This document shows, in pieces, positions 30,515 to 41,073 of a stretch of DNA of 64,000 nt. The translations under genes were made by a program, and so were the position numbers. Positions within the stretch are counted from its first letter, which is position 1, and each line of letters starts with the position of its first letter. The stretch lies in the IMG/VR virus record IMGVR_UViG_3300034102_002101, positions 56,667-120,666 of that record; one strand, written 5' to 3'. The notes under the pieces are model-generated. The model worked only from the letters and a program-made list of their open reading frames with translations, made no database searches and was not told the DNA's origin. Source of the DNA: a virus.

Positions 30515-31718
30515 CTTTTAATCCCCACTTTTTAATAGCCGCTTGATATTCGATCCCATAATCCTTATCTATAGATTGGCGCATTGCCTTGGTTCCAGCC
30601 AAAGTGCCGAGTGGATGGGAGCTTAATGCGCCACCAACATTCGCCATCCAGTCAGAGTGTCCAACTGTTTTTATTATGTATTCAATCAAACCAGGATGCA
30701 TTCCGCAACTCAAAGCAGCAACGCTATTCTGTTTAGTTAGTGTATCTATTGACTTTAATGTATTTTCCGCATCATCCAAATAACCACCGATCATACCTGC
30801 ATGTAGAGTATCGCAACCAGACATAGATACAATTTTAAATAGTAGATTTTGTGATATGTGATAATCGTGAGTCGGGTGAGTCAGTAGACGATCACCGCTC
30901 TTCTGATAATGTAATAAAATCGGTAAGTCTAATTGGCGTATTGATTTGTATATACCAAACCCACAGTGGAAATTAGTATGTACTCCATTTATACCGTTCT
31001 GTTCATGTAGCTTTACTATTCTGTCTAGAAGGAACGGGGAGTCCGCATTAATAGATACACAATAAAATACATTAGATTTCTGGCTTCTGATATAATTCAT
31101 CACCAAGTCAGTTCTCTTGTATACATCACAATGTTTCGGATTGCTCAATATTTCGTCTTCTTTTATGAAGTTACACCCACCATCAATTAATTGCTTAACT
31201 AAATCTAAATGACGTTCTGGGGATAGTCCTATCTTTGGTTTAACTATCCCACCGAACAATGGTTTTCTGCTATCTACGTTACATATCTTACGCATACCAG
31301 ATAGACCAATCTTTGGTCCGAGCAATACCTTTTCCATGTTAGTGGTGAATGTTATATCATTCAAATAGCATTTCTTAATTATATCTATATCCATCTGCCC
31401 ACCCATACATTGAACCAATAATTGAGAAATTCCATCGGTAGCGAAATCTATATTATTCTCCGGAAATGCGATAAACACTATTCCTTCTGTTTTTCCCTTT
31501 AATTCATCTTCATCAGCAAGAATTAAACAACTATGATCGTCTATTAGTTCCTGCGTTTCAAATTCAGATCTAGCGGATGGATTACCTATCGATTGACCGA
31601 TTGCCAAATTCCATGCCGCTTCTCTTAAAGTTGATGATGACTTTAAGTAGTACTCACAAATGTAATGTGTATCTTTTAATGTTCCGGTATTTATGTTTTT
31701 AAAAATATTGTAATTCAT
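30507..31718 (-). CDS. RuBisCO-like protein (form IV)
   Basis: GQSIG, GPKIGL.G.R, GGIVKPKIGL, FIKEDE, SCGMHP, GGA..SHP.G..AG.KA.RQ. Confidence 0.85.
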   Translation of the reverse strand: MNYNIFKNINTGTLKDTHYICEYYLKSSSTLREAAWNLAIGQSIGNPSARSEFETQELIDDHSCLILADEDELKGKTEGIVFIAFPENNIDFATDGISQLLVQCMGGQMDIDIIKKCYLNDITFTTNMEKVLLGPKIGLSGMRKICNVDSRKPLFGGIVKPKIGLSPERHLDLVKQLIDGGCNFIKEDEILSNPKHCDVYKRTDLVMNYIRSQKSNVFYCVSINADSPFLLDRIVKLHEQNGINGVHTNFHCGFGIYKSIRQLDLPILLHYQKSGDRLLTHPTHDYHISQNLLFKIVSMSGCDTLHAGMIGGYLDDAENTLKSIDTLTKQNSVAALSCGMHPGLIEYIIKTVGHSDWMANVGGALSSHPLGTLAGTKAMRQSIDKDYGIEYQAAIKKWGLKVE

Positions 31719-31719
31719 A

Positions 31720-32040
31720 TTATACTTCGTATTTATCTCCGACGATTGATGGGATCTTTACTACTATTAATTTAGAGTCTTCTACTGGAGTCGCAAATAC
31801 TACCTCATTTGGGTGAAGAATAAATACTTGACCAGCCAAAATCGTTTCACTGTTTATTATCATTTTCCCCTCGACTAGTAAATTTATTTCTGTTGCTATC
31901 TTGTGATAATGTGGGGTTATTACCTCGTCCTTATGGTGGATTTTATAGCAAACTTCCGCTTTATCGGTTTTGAATGCTGTTGGTAAAAAATCACCAACAA
32001 ACCAATTTCCCTTCATTTCATTTAAATTAAGTATTGTCAT
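31720..32040 (-). CDS. Cupin-domain protein
   Basis: HYHKIATEINL..EG.M; GNWFVGDF.P. Confidence 0.7.
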   Translation of the reverse strand: MTILNLNEMKGNWFVGDFLPTAFKTDKAEVCYKIHHKDEVITPHYHKIATEINLLVEGKMIINSETILAGQVFILHPNEVVFATPVEDSKLIVVKIPSIVGDKYEV

Positions 32041-32042
32041 TT

Positions 32043-32753
32043 TTATAGATTTCTTAGAGCTTTATATGATTCGTAATCCTCGGGAGTTCCTATTGGATAA
32101 TGGAGGTTAAATTGAAACGGCATTAACTTCTTACCACATGCTATCAAATTATTGAACGTTTCTGACAAGTAATATTCCCCATTAACTGTTTTTCCACTGG
32201 CAATCAATTCTTCTGTTGATTTTACGAATAAAATGCCAGACTTCCAGTAATGAAAACCGTTGGTTGCTGTGTTGCTTATTACTTGCTTCTCTCGCAACTC
32301 AATTATTTCGTTCTTTTCGTTTACTTTTACGTAGCTATTTTTTGGACTAGTGGAATGGAATGTTCCTAAGCATCCATCTAAATTATTGGTTTCACAATAA
32401 CTTAAAAATAGTTCCATGTTTAGATCTTCTATTATCTGGTCACAGTTCGTTACTATTAATGGAACATCGTTATTTACATATTCGCGTGCAAGCAACGCTG
32501 AACATGCTGGTCCAGATGGAACATAATCAATCTCGATAACATTTACGCCCAATAGACACAGTTGATCTTTGGTAATTTGATTCTTATTAATTATAATTGT
32601 ATAATCAGCATTTTCATATCTCAAATTCCATAATACTGCATGTATCATTGATGTGCGCCCTATCGGAAGAAGAGCCTTTGGTACTGTATATCCAGCATCA
32701 AAAAACCTTTGACTTTTTCCTGCCATTGGTATCACTATGTTTATTTTACTCAT
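32043..32753 (-). CDS. Sugar-phosphate nucleotidyltransferase (GT-A fold)
   Basis: IVIPMAGKSQRF..AGY..PK.L, NCDQ, EK..IS..AT.G, GTPED. Confidence 0.8.
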   Translation of the reverse strand: MSKINIVIPMAGKSQRFFDAGYTVPKALLPIGRTSMIHAVLWNLRYENADYTIIINKNQITKDQLCLLGVNVIEIDYVPSGPACSALLAREYVNNDVPLIVTNCDQIIEDLNMELFLSYCETNNLDGCLGTFHSTSPKNSYVKVNEKNEIIELREKQVISNTATNGFHYWKSGILFVKSTEELIASGKTVNGEYYLSETFNNLIACGKKLMPFQFNLHYPIGTPEDYESYKALRNL

Positions 32754-33184
32754 TTTTTAAATTTTTCTATGTAATCTGAACATATACCTATACTTCCAGT
32801 TGGTATATTAAACCCATGAAGCTCCGGTAATACACATATTCCCCCACTCGAATCTAATCCGGTATAATACCAAGAATGTCCATAACTAGTAATAACTACT
32901 GGTTCTGTTGTATGATAAAATACGTGGTATCGTTGTTCTGATAGTATCTTAAATGCTTCTAAATTTTTCGCATGAATCCATATGTTTTCTCCCCAACCAT
33001 CTAGCGTAGATTGACTTATTCCGTAGTCTGGTTTGTCATGACCTAACCAGAAAGTTCTGTTTTTATACCACACATCGATCTCGACAATATATCCTTTGGA
33101 TATCGCCGAGCTTATGTATATTGGCTCGTTCTCCCAATTTTCGAGTCTACCGTTAATGTTTCCTCTATGTGAAATTAAGATCAT
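32750..33184 (-). CDS. Glycerophosphodiester phosphodiesterase-like protein
   Basis: ISHRGN...EN, VEIDVW, LGHD, WIHAKN, GICSD. Confidence 0.65.
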   Translation of the reverse strand: MILISHRGNINGRLENWENEPIYISSAISKGYIVEIDVWYKNRTFWLGHDKPDYGISQSTLDGWGENIWIHAKNLEAFKILSEQRYHVFYHTTEPVVITSYGHSWYYTGLDSSGGICVLPELHGFNIPTGSIGICSDYIEKFKK

Positions 33185-33795
33185 TTTACTTTCTGGTAGA
33201 ACGCATCTCCCCAACCATGGTTGGTGTCGTGCATATGTGTGCGTTTAAATCCGAATTGACTCAAATATTTATCGATACCATCCACAGTGACGCACCCCTC
33301 ATATAATTCCTCGTAATTGACCTCGGTATATACATAATCAATATCGTTAGTCAGTAGTTTTTCCGCCCCACACAAAACTTTATATTCTGCTCCTTGAACG
33401 TCTATAAAAAGAGCGTTAAAGTTTCCTTCTTCGTTTACATAAAATTCATCGAGGGTAACGCAGTCTACTTCTATCTGTTTCTCATAATTTATGTGTGGAT
33501 AATAATTTTTGTGATTCTTGAGATTTAAGATAGACGAAGATGAACCATCATTATTTGATACGTTAAATTTTATCTTACCATTAAAGTCAGAAACAGCATG
33601 GTTATAACCATCTTGATTAGGATACTGCGATAATCTATCCATCAATCTTTTATATATCTCTGGGTTAGCTTCATGCCAAATAACAAATTCGGCACCCATC
33701 TGCTGGTAAAAGTCACGCTCCTGTCCTTCATGCGCTCCGACATGAATGACTCCACGCAGTTTTCCATGTAATTCCTTTACTAGATTTATTTCCAT
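33181..33795 (-). CDS. FkbM-family methyltransferase
   Basis: IHVGAHEGQE, EANP, IDVQGAEYKVL.G, WGDAFY. Confidence 0.8.
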   Translation of the reverse strand: MEINLVKELHGKLRGVIHVGAHEGQERDFYQQMGAEFVIWHEANPEIYKRLMDRLSQYPNQDGYNHAVSDFNGKIKFNVSNNDGSSSSILNLKNHKNYYPHINYEKQIEVDCVTLDEFYVNEEGNFNALFIDVQGAEYKVLCGAEKLLTNDIDYVYTEVNYEELYEGCVTVDGIDKYLSQFGFKRTHMHDTNHGWGDAFYQKVK

Positions 33796-33798
33796 AAT

Positions 33799-34467
33799 TT
33801 ATAATGTTCCACGATCACTAAAATCAATATTATATTCTTGTTGTAGTAAAGTCAACTCTTTTCCATATTCACTCACGTTCCATTTGCCTTTATTTATTGC
33901 GGTGGCTATATAGGGCCAAACATTGGAATCGTAATGGAATAATCCGCGTTTATCCCCTACCCATTCTTTTGGTAAAAATTTACTTTCATATTCTCCTATA
34001 GAACATTGGGATAAGAAACCTTCTTGCCTAATCGAGTCTATTTGATATTTTTCGTAAAATGATATGAACTTATCTATGCTATGTACCGCAGCTTGCATAC
34101 AATATTCCGTTCCTCCGCTTTTTATCAATTTAACGAAACCAGTCTTATTAGAATTTATTTCTTCTATCGCCGTATGAATTGCGTTTATATCAATGTCGGA
34201 GTATAAAATAAAATCTTCTTGTGAGTATATGAAATATTCATATCCATTCGCTTTAAGAAATTCAAGTACATGCAACCATTGGTTTGAATATGGTTCGTTG
34301 TTATCATACTTGAAACAGTAATGTCTACCAAAATCATTGATATCTTCATTGCATAACCAGAATGATGGTAATTGATTAGCATGTTTATCGAGTCTATCGA
34401 AATACGGTTTCCACAAATCTTTGCAATTTGTGTGTGAATATGTAATTATACAAAGTTTATTATCCAT
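33799..34467 (-). CDS. Putative glycosyltransferase-like protein
   Basis: DLW..YF, YSQEDF, TAI.KGKW; within glycan cluster. Confidence 0.5.
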   Translation of the reverse strand: MDNKLCIITYSHTNCKDLWKPYFDRLDKHANQLPSFWLCNEDINDFGRHYCFKYDNNEPYSNQWLHVLEFLKANGYEYFIYSQEDFILYSDIDINAIHTAIEEINSNKTGFVKLIKSGGTEYCMQAAVHSIDKFISFYEKYQIDSIRQEGFLSQCSIGEYESKFLPKEWVGDKRGLFHYDSNVWPYIATAINKGKWNVSEYGKELTLLQQEYNIDFSDRGTL

Positions 34468-35199
34468 TTAATTTATCTCCATTTCGCAGATTTGTTTATT
34501 GTAAAAACTTCCTTCTATCATGTATGGTCTAGTTTTTCTCCCATGCACAAATTCATCTAGCGCACTACCTACGTCAATGTATTGATTTCGTGGGTTGAGT
34601 TTCCATAATAAGTATATTATGGCTTCACTTAGTGGTCCGACTGATATGAAAAAGGTTTGTCCTGATGTATTATTAAAGGACTCTCCTAAAATTTGCATTA
34701 TTTGTCCCTTATTTTCTTCCCACACGTTAACACAATCATTTCCGAATGACATATAATCACTTACATTAAACGGATATTTTTTATTTTCTCCGTTTTCATT
34801 AGCGATTATAGTAATGTCTTTCTTTAGCGTTGTCAGTCTATCGATAAATCTATTGTAGTTTCCATTTATCCATAGATTCGCAAACGTTACATATTCTCTA
34901 TCTTGCTTTATGTTATTCAATAGCCATTGTTTATCTTCGGTATTGGATGAGTCACATGATATTGCATAATAATAATATGGATCAACACAACTTAAAGATT
35001 CACGTAGATCTTTTCCCAATTTTGTAATTCCTGTTGGTGCAGACCATCTATCAACATCTGTTGCTTGGCTTCCTCCACCAATTGGGATTCCTTTCATTAA
35101 ACATATTTCACCATCCGCATATCTAGCATGTGCGAATGGCAAATTAGATTCTATTCTATTCCACGCATTATCGAAATCCTCTTTAAATAACTTTTTCAT
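34468..35199 (-). CDS. GT-D-fold (DUF1792-like) glycosyltransferase
   Basis: ARYADGE and SVGP...IDVGSALD motifs. Confidence 0.6.
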   Translation of the reverse strand: MKKLFKEDFDNAWNRIESNLPFAHARYADGEICLMKGIPIGGGSQATDVDRWSAPTGITKLGKDLRESLSCVDPYYYYAISCDSSNTEDKQWLLNNIKQDREYVTFANLWINGNYNRFIDRLTTLKKDITIIANENGENKKYPFNVSDYMSFGNDCVNVWEENKGQIMQILGESFNNTSGQTFFISVGPLSEAIIYLLWKLNPRNQYIDVGSALDEFVHGRKTRPYMIEGSFYNKQICEMEIN

Positions 35200-36181
35200 T
35201 CTTTAATATTTCTAGTATTTTCTGTGCGCTATTACCATCACCATAAGGACAATGATTCATCATTGGTGTAGGATTCTTTATGTGCTCATAAAACAAATCC
35301 TTTAGGTTTTCTATGGTTGTTAGAAAGCTGGTATTTCCAACCGATTCTGGTCTTTCTGTTGCATCTCTACACACTAATATCTTCTTATTTAGAAATGAAC
35401 ATTCCTCCTGCAATCCACCACTATCAGAAATAACCAGCGAACAAGACAACAATTCGTTTATCATTTCGTCATATGGTAACGGTTCAATAACATTTACATT
35501 ACAAAGTATTTCTCTGTGTTTTCTTACATTTGGGTTTGGGTGGATAGGAAATACAAAATTATAATCCAAAAATTCTGTTGCTAGTTCATTTATTTTCTTG
35601 AACCACTCGTCGATCTTATCATGATTTTCTCTTCTGTGTAAGGTAATTAAAATCTTTTTCGCCAATGTTGTTCTTTCCCGCATATTGACCAATCCATCTA
35701 ATCCAGTATTACCAACAACATATATAGATTCATATTTTATATTTTCTCTTAGTAAATTTATTATATTATCCGTTGTTGGGCATAGATGTATATCTGCTAA
35801 TTTTGTTATTAAGCATCGGTTCATTTCTTCTGGATACGGATTGTTGAAATCTCCGCTTCTGAGCCCAGCTTCTAAATGTATTACTTTTATTTTTCTGTGA
35901 TATGCCGTCAATGCCATACCAAATGCGGAAGAAGTATCTCCCTGAACTAATACGTGGGTTATGCCATCAAATATATAACCACGATTTAAGCACGATTGTA
36001 TCACTGAATCTAACCTATTATCACCGTCAGATATCTCCAACTTATAATCAAAATCTACACCGAATAGTAGAGTCGTATGCTGTCCCGTAAAAACTGTTTT
36101 ATATGACTCTCTAGGTAAAATCTTCAATAGTGAAGACACCTTTATCATCTCGGGGCGTGTGCCTATTGCTATAAGTATCAT
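35183..36181 (-). CDS. wecB: UDP-N-acetylglucosamine 2-epimerase (non-hydrolysing)
   Basis: GTRPEMIK, TGQH, QGDT, HLEAGLRS, PYPEEMNR, TLHRREN, DSGGLQEE, TERPE. Confidence 0.92.
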   Translation of the reverse strand: MILIAIGTRPEMIKVSSLLKILPRESYKTVFTGQHTTLLFGVDFDYKLEISDGDNRLDSVIQSCLNRGYIFDGITHVLVQGDTSSAFGMALTAYHRKIKVIHLEAGLRSGDFNNPYPEEMNRCLITKLADIHLCPTTDNIINLLRENIKYESIYVVGNTGLDGLVNMRERTTLAKKILITLHRRENHDKIDEWFKKINELATEFLDYNFVFPIHPNPNVRKHREILCNVNVIEPLPYDEMINELLSCSLVISDSGGLQEECSFLNKKILVCRDATERPESVGNTSFLTTIENLKDLFYEHIKNPTPMMNHCPYGDGNSAQKILEILKNEKVI

Positions 36182-36957
36182 ACGTTTTCCTTTATCAACT
36201 TCCAACCAGCAATTCTCTGATCTACGAATGCTTGGTTCATCAAATGTTTAAATGGTACCCCTTCCGGTGATCTTTGGTTGGTTTCCCACATTGAATTATT
36301 ATCGCACGCATACTTGATATGTGCTATATTGCACCACATGTCTTTATTATCAATTGGGTGTGGAGGAACGTATGTTTTTATGTTACCATATTTTTGTAAC
36401 ATATGACTAAAATGCATATCCTCTTTACATATAAAATATTTTGGATCTGGTAATTCTCTCCAATACATACTTAACCAATCTCGCCTAAAAAACCAGGAAT
36501 GTCCTACGAAATCTACCTCGGTAATTTCATTGGATTGTCCACCATCTACCCAACCGAAACGTGTATAATGCTCGTAATATGAACTTCGTTCTGGTGGGTT
36601 TGGTTGTGAGTATAATAGACCTACTCCACCCATTAAACCATTCTTAATGTTTATAGAATTTATACAGTTTTCCAACCACAGTGGACCTGGAACCATATCA
36701 TCGTCAAATACACAGACATATTCGGTTCTAGAATTTAGTGCATATGCAAATCTCGCCCATACTCCGAGATTTTCATTTGATATGGCGCTGCTTACTTTTT
36801 CTGTGATACCGTAGTTAACATCACCTTTATCCGGATAATTGTACCACAACATTATTTTTTTTGGTACTATACTTCCATTGTTCAATGCGTTAACTTGTTC
36901 ATCTAGACATTCCCCGCGACGGAACCCATTCAAAATTACGGTTACTTCTTTGTTCAT
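36178..36957 (-). CDS. Glycosyltransferase family 2-like
   Basis: VFDDD DxD motif, EDMHFS. Confidence 0.7.
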   Translation of the reverse strand: MNKEVTVILNGFRRGECLDEQVNALNNGSIVPKKIMLWYNYPDKGDVNYGITEKVSSAISNENLGVWARFAYALNSRTEYVCVFDDDMVPGPLWLENCINSINIKNGLMGGVGLLYSQPNPPERSSYYEHYTRFGWVDGGQSNEITEVDFVGHSWFFRRDWLSMYWRELPDPKYFICKEDMHFSHMLQKYGNIKTYVPPHPIDNKDMWCNIAHIKYACDNNSMWETNQRSPEGVPFKHLMNQAFVDQRIAGWKLIKENV

Positions 36958-37973
36958 AAATTATTTAATATAGTAAACATCTTTTCCTTCCAAATGTCAA
37001 TACTAAAATAATTTTTATAATTTGTTTTTGCGTTTGTGCTGCATTCCTCGTAGAATCCAACATCATCCACTAACCTCTTGGCCAATTTCCTCGCAGTTTT
37101 TATATCTTCAACATCAACAGATAACTCCGGAAATATTAATTTTTGAGTATCCATCTTATAATTTCCTATACATGGTATTCCAAAGTATCCACAATTCTTC
37201 GAAAAAGTGCCAGCAGCCACCGTTGGCATCAAATGTATCGCATATCTATATGTTGATAATTCTCTCATCCATTCTAACCACGACATTCTTGGTAAGTGAT
37301 TTAAATCATCTATAAGACCTTCATCTTCTCTTTTTGAGTGAGAATCCATTACATGCTTAGAACTCTCGTAAAACTCGTCGGAAACCATATAGGAATTGAA
37401 ACCACCATAAAACTTACTAAAATTTCCACCGATCATTACTTTATTATAAGTTCTTGAGTCAGGTATAATATCTGTTAACAGATCTTCTATCATCAAACTC
37501 GATATCACATTTACCGGTTTATTTGGAAACATTCCTTCGTAATATGGTTTATCTGATTCATTGTGGCAAAATATGGAATCAAACGAATGAACGGTGTTAT
37601 ACCAATTAAATTGATCTCTCACAGTATAATCCATTGGCCATGAACTTGGTCCTTCCTGTATAAAATGTATTTTTTTGTTATTTTGTTTTCTTAATTGTCC
37701 AACAAAATCGAATTCCAATAATTTAGATACTGGATTAATTCCATCAATTACCTTACATCCTTCTGCACTAAGAAATACCCGCCCTTTCGGTATTATTACG
37801 AAAACATGATCGTAATTGATTATATTAATCAACTGGTTAAATTGGTAATGTGTTGAGTCTAACGCTTGCTGCCATGCAATTTCCGTTCGTGCGTTATTGA
37901 ATTTTTCTGGATATTTTCCACTAAATGGCGACTCGGTAATAAATGCAACTTTTCCAAAGTTATAGGATTTCAT
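36954..37973 (-). CDS. Putative GT-B glycosyltransferase
   Basis: AGTF...CGYFGIPCIG C-terminal GT-B motif. Confidence 0.55.
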   Translation of the reverse strand: MKSYNFGKVAFITESPFSGKYPEKFNNARTEIAWQQALDSTHYQFNQLINIINYDHVFVIIPKGRVFLSAEGCKVIDGINPVSKLLEFDFVGQLRKQNNKKIHFIQEGPSSWPMDYTVRDQFNWYNTVHSFDSIFCHNESDKPYYEGMFPNKPVNVISSLMIEDLLTDIIPDSRTYNKVMIGGNFSKFYGGFNSYMVSDEFYESSKHVMDSHSKREDEGLIDDLNHLPRMSWLEWMRELSTYRYAIHLMPTVAAGTFSKNCGYFGIPCIGNYKMDTQKLIFPELSVDVEDIKTARKLAKRLVDDVGFYEECSTNAKTNYKNYFSIDIWKEKMFTILNNL

Positions 37974-38010
37974 ATATATACATATATATAGAAATCGAAA
38001 TAACGCAATA

Positions 38011-38040
38011 AAAAACCACCTTTTACGGTGGTTTTGTTTT
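38011..38040 (-). terminator. Intrinsic terminator
   Basis: AAAACCACC-TTTTAC-GGTGGTTTT hairpin with U-tracts. Confidence 0.65.
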
Positions 38041-38044
38041 TGTA

Positions 38045-38614
38045 TTATTTTCTAACTATGTGTAGCCTATTACCAGCAGTTACTGAGTATATAGGTGGTT
38101 CTCCAATAATAGCGTCGAGTGAATGTCCCTCTATCACGAAAGTAATGTCTCCGTTTTTATTTGTTTCCCTGCTCAATATTGCATATCCTTGTTTATGCAA
38201 CCAAGTAAAGAATGTAGGTGTGGATCTGATAAACGTATCAGATACTATCAATTTTCCTATTCTTGATGGTTGTATTGTTGGAATAGATGGAACTACTGGT
38301 TCTGGTGAGATTTCAATAATCTGTTCGGCTATAGTTTTCTCGACCACATTTTCAATTATCGGTTCTATCGCTGGAATTATCGCCGGTATTTGTTGTTCAA
38401 TAATATCGTCTACCTTAACATCTAATAATGGTTCTTCTATAATAACCGGAATCGGCTCTGTCACTTCTTCAACCACGGATTCTTGTAATACCTGTGCTTC
38501 TACTTGCACTTCTTGTATTGCTTCCGTAACTGTTTCGGTTGATACGATGGGATCAATAGTTGGTTCAATTTCCTGTTCAGTTGTATTCTTTTTATATTTT
38601 GATGCTTTTGCCAT
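38045..38614 (-). CDS. Acidic low-complexity (E/I/P/V-rich) hypothetical protein
   Basis: ATACTTATA motif upstream and terminator downstream. Confidence 0.55.
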   Translation of the reverse strand: MAKASKYKKNTTEQEIEPTIDPIVSTETVTEAIQEVQVEAQVLQESVVEEVTEPIPVIIEEPLLDVKVDDIIEQQIPAIIPAIEPIIENVVEKTIAEQIIEISPEPVVPSIPTIQPSRIGKLIVSDTFIRSTPTFFTWLHKQGYAILSRETNKNGDITFVIEGHSLDAIIGEPPIYSVTAGNRLHIVRK

Positions 38615-38638
38615 AATGTTTATAAGTATTGCTAACCT

Positions 38639-39316
38639 TTAATTGTGACCCATATTTTCTTTGTTGGAGAAATTCGTATTGTAGAACATGTTTTGGTTTT
38701 TTTGTCTATCTATAGTTTTTACATGTATCAATGATAAATCTGGTTCTGGTGGTATTTCTGCTATTACCTTTGCCCCAACTATTACTTCATGTAATCTATT
38801 TTGCCAGAAGATTTCTAATTTGTTGCGGTAGATGCGACATTGAAAATCCGGGAAATTTATATAATTCTTCCCAAGTATATCACTCACTCGCCACCCCCAT
38901 TGCTTCACATCGGAATCAGTCATTCCATCGATATAATTTAATCTAGGCACTCGCATTAATTCTACTTCCGGATTTAATTCTATAAAGTCATGAATATTTT
39001 CTAGTAGAGTTTCCGATAGTATTTCATCTCCGTCTATTAGAAATATCCAATCTCCGGAGCACGCACGCGATCCTATCGTTTTGTGTCTACCAAAATGATA
39101 CTCTCTACCATCATATAATTGATGATTTACTACTTTTGCTTGGTACTTATCTTTTGCCAAGCTTATGCTTGATATAGTTGAATCATCGGTTGACATATCA
39201 TCCAGTATAACAAATTGATCATTCGTTTTTTTACAGAATTCACCGATTTGATCGAACAGCGGTAATAGATATTTTTCACCTTCGTTGTGTGTACAAATTA
39301 GGAATGATATTTTCAT
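38639..39316 (-). CDS. Glycosyltransferase family 2
   Basis: ISFLICTHNE, LDD.STD, WIFLIDGDE, PDFQCR, LHE. Confidence 0.85.
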   Translation of the reverse strand: MKISFLICTHNEGEKYLLPLFDQIGEFCKKTNDQFVILDDMSTDDSTISSISLAKDKYQAKVVNHQLYDGREYHFGRHKTIGSRACSGDWIFLIDGDEILSETLLENIHDFIELNPEVELMRVPRLNYIDGMTDSDVKQWGWRVSDILGKNYINFPDFQCRIYRNKLEIFWQNRLHEVIVGAKVIAEIPPEPDLSLIHVKTIDRQKNQNMFYNTNFSNKENMGHN

Positions 39317-39317
39317 C

Positions 39318-39704
39318 TTAATAATCCACCAGACCATTACTTCTCTTTGTGTTTATGTCTTTCCTTATGTCGGTAAGAATTTCATTATATTCAGCATTAT
39401 AATGCCCAATAACAGATTGCTGTGATTTAATTGGTGGTACTACTAAACATTCGATATTATTATCTTTGAGGTATTGTGCATTATCATCAACAAAGTCTTG
39501 TGTAACTATACAGAAATTCGTTCCTTTTCCATGTGATTCTTTAATTCTATCCTTAGCCTTATCTATAGCTTTCATAAGATCAGCAAAATCTCTATCTTTA
39601 TCGAACATATGCTGTATTGCATACTTTATAGAAGAGATCTTACCTGTCCTCTTAAACTTTCTACTGTATTTGTATTCAACTATTGCTTTACTTATTATAT
39701 TCAT
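39318..39704 (-). CDS. Hypothetical protein
   Basis: Coupled ORF in operon. Confidence 0.5.
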   Translation of the reverse strand: MNIISKAIVEYKYSRKFKRTGKISSIKYAIQHMFDKDRDFADLMKAIDKAKDRIKESHGKGTNFCIVTQDFVDDNAQYLKDNNIECLVVPPIKSQQSVIGHYNAEYNEILTDIRKDINTKRSNGLVDY

Positions 39705-41002
39705 GATTGTTTATTTAGACCACCAATTCTTTTCAATTTCGGTAACACTAATTTTGCCTTTACAGCAAACTCAGGAATATTCTTATCGAATATTTCTTTT
39801 AATTTTTCGCTCATCTTATCCATGGAAAACTTTTCTTTGTTTTCTTCGGATAAACCAGAACACTTATCTGAATATTTATCATAGTTATAGAATATATCTT
39901 TTAAGGTAATGTTTGCTTCTTGGTAATTTACATAGAACCAACCAGACTCCTTAATGATCCAGTCATTTACTGATGATGCATGGACGGGCTTAACCGAACC
40001 GCGCAATAGGACAGATTTATCTTTATTCAGAAAGTCCAAATGACCTGACCAATTTGGTGCTACCACTGGTTTTCCTGACATTGATGCTTCTATCAATGGG
40101 CGACCGTATCCTTCACCATGAGTGAATGATACGTGTGCTTTTACCTTTGAATGGTTGTATAGATTATTCATATCGGTATCCGTGAGTTCTCCGTGAATAA
40201 CGTACACATTTGGGAGTGTTCCGATGATTCCTTCGCGAGCAGAAATAACACGCTTTAGAACCTCTTGTTGATCCATATAGGAATTATTTCCACATGAAGT
40301 CTTCAATATCAATGCTGGTGGATTATCTATGTTCTTAAAGGTTTCGGAGAATGTTCTAACTAATCCACCGACATCCTTTCGATCATGTCCAATATCACCA
40401 CCCAACCAATGTCCTACGAATAGATATGCGAAACTCTCTGGTACATTATCTAATTCGGATACGGATGTAACATCAGTCTTAAAAAACTTTGTAACATCAA
40501 CTCCCTCAAATAATACTTCTATTGGTTTTGTTACCTTTAGATCGGTTTCTGCTCCCGTATTTTGGTCTTTTCTCTTATATACGGTCTTCATGAAAACATC
40601 CTTGGCAAACTGCGATGATACGATAGTTAAATCCATCTTATTGATCCCTTCTATCCATTCACCTCTAGGCAACGTGGTTTCTATACCAGCAGTAAATAAT
40701 ACGTTGTACTTCGCTGGAGTTATTGCTTCCGATGGTATACTGACTTGAACGAATACATCTGGTTGTTCTGTCAGTGATGCCGTAAGAATTTTTGACAGCA
40801 GAATTCTTATTTCATCGTCAGCTTTACTTGCTTCCTCTAGATTTATTTGTGGAGTTGATCCCCATCTAGTAGGAACAACCTTAATATCGTACTTGTCCAT
40901 TCTCAGGATAGACTTTGCTAAGTCTAGGCTACGCAATCCATAACCGGATTGTGTAAATAATGGTGCTTGTATAACTAGGACTGGTTTTATAATTTCGCTC
41001 AT
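39701..41002 (-). CDS. Glycosyltransferase family 4 (GT-B)
   Basis: SGYG, RKD, HGEGYGRPLIEA...GKPVV. Confidence 0.85.
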   Translation of the reverse strand: MSEIIKPVLVIQAPLFTQSGYGLRSLDLAKSILRMDKYDIKVVPTRWGSTPQINLEEASKADDEIRILLSKILTASLTEQPDVFVQVSIPSEAITPAKYNVLFTAGIETTLPRGEWIEGINKMDLTIVSSQFAKDVFMKTVYKRKDQNTGAETDLKVTKPIEVLFEGVDVTKFFKTDVTSVSELDNVPESFAYLFVGHWLGGDIGHDRKDVGGLVRTFSETFKNIDNPPALILKTSCGNNSYMDQQEVLKRVISAREGIIGTLPNVYVIHGELTDTDMNNLYNHSKVKAHVSFTHGEGYGRPLIEASMSGKPVVAPNWSGHLDFLNKDKSVLLRGSVKPVHASSVNDWIIKESGWFYVNYQEANITLKDIFYNYDKYSDKCSGLSEENKEKFSMDKMSEKLKEIFDKNIPEFAVKAKLVLPKLKRIGGLNKQS

Positions 41003-41073
41003 ATTTTAAATTTTTTATTGTGTATATCTTGTATATTATTCTTAATATAAATGGTAAAACTTATTTAGTCAAC

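Noticed and set aside
30507-31718. CO2-fixing RuBisCO
   Set aside because: The H294 and K334 equivalents are replaced, and there is no small subunit or PRK nearby.
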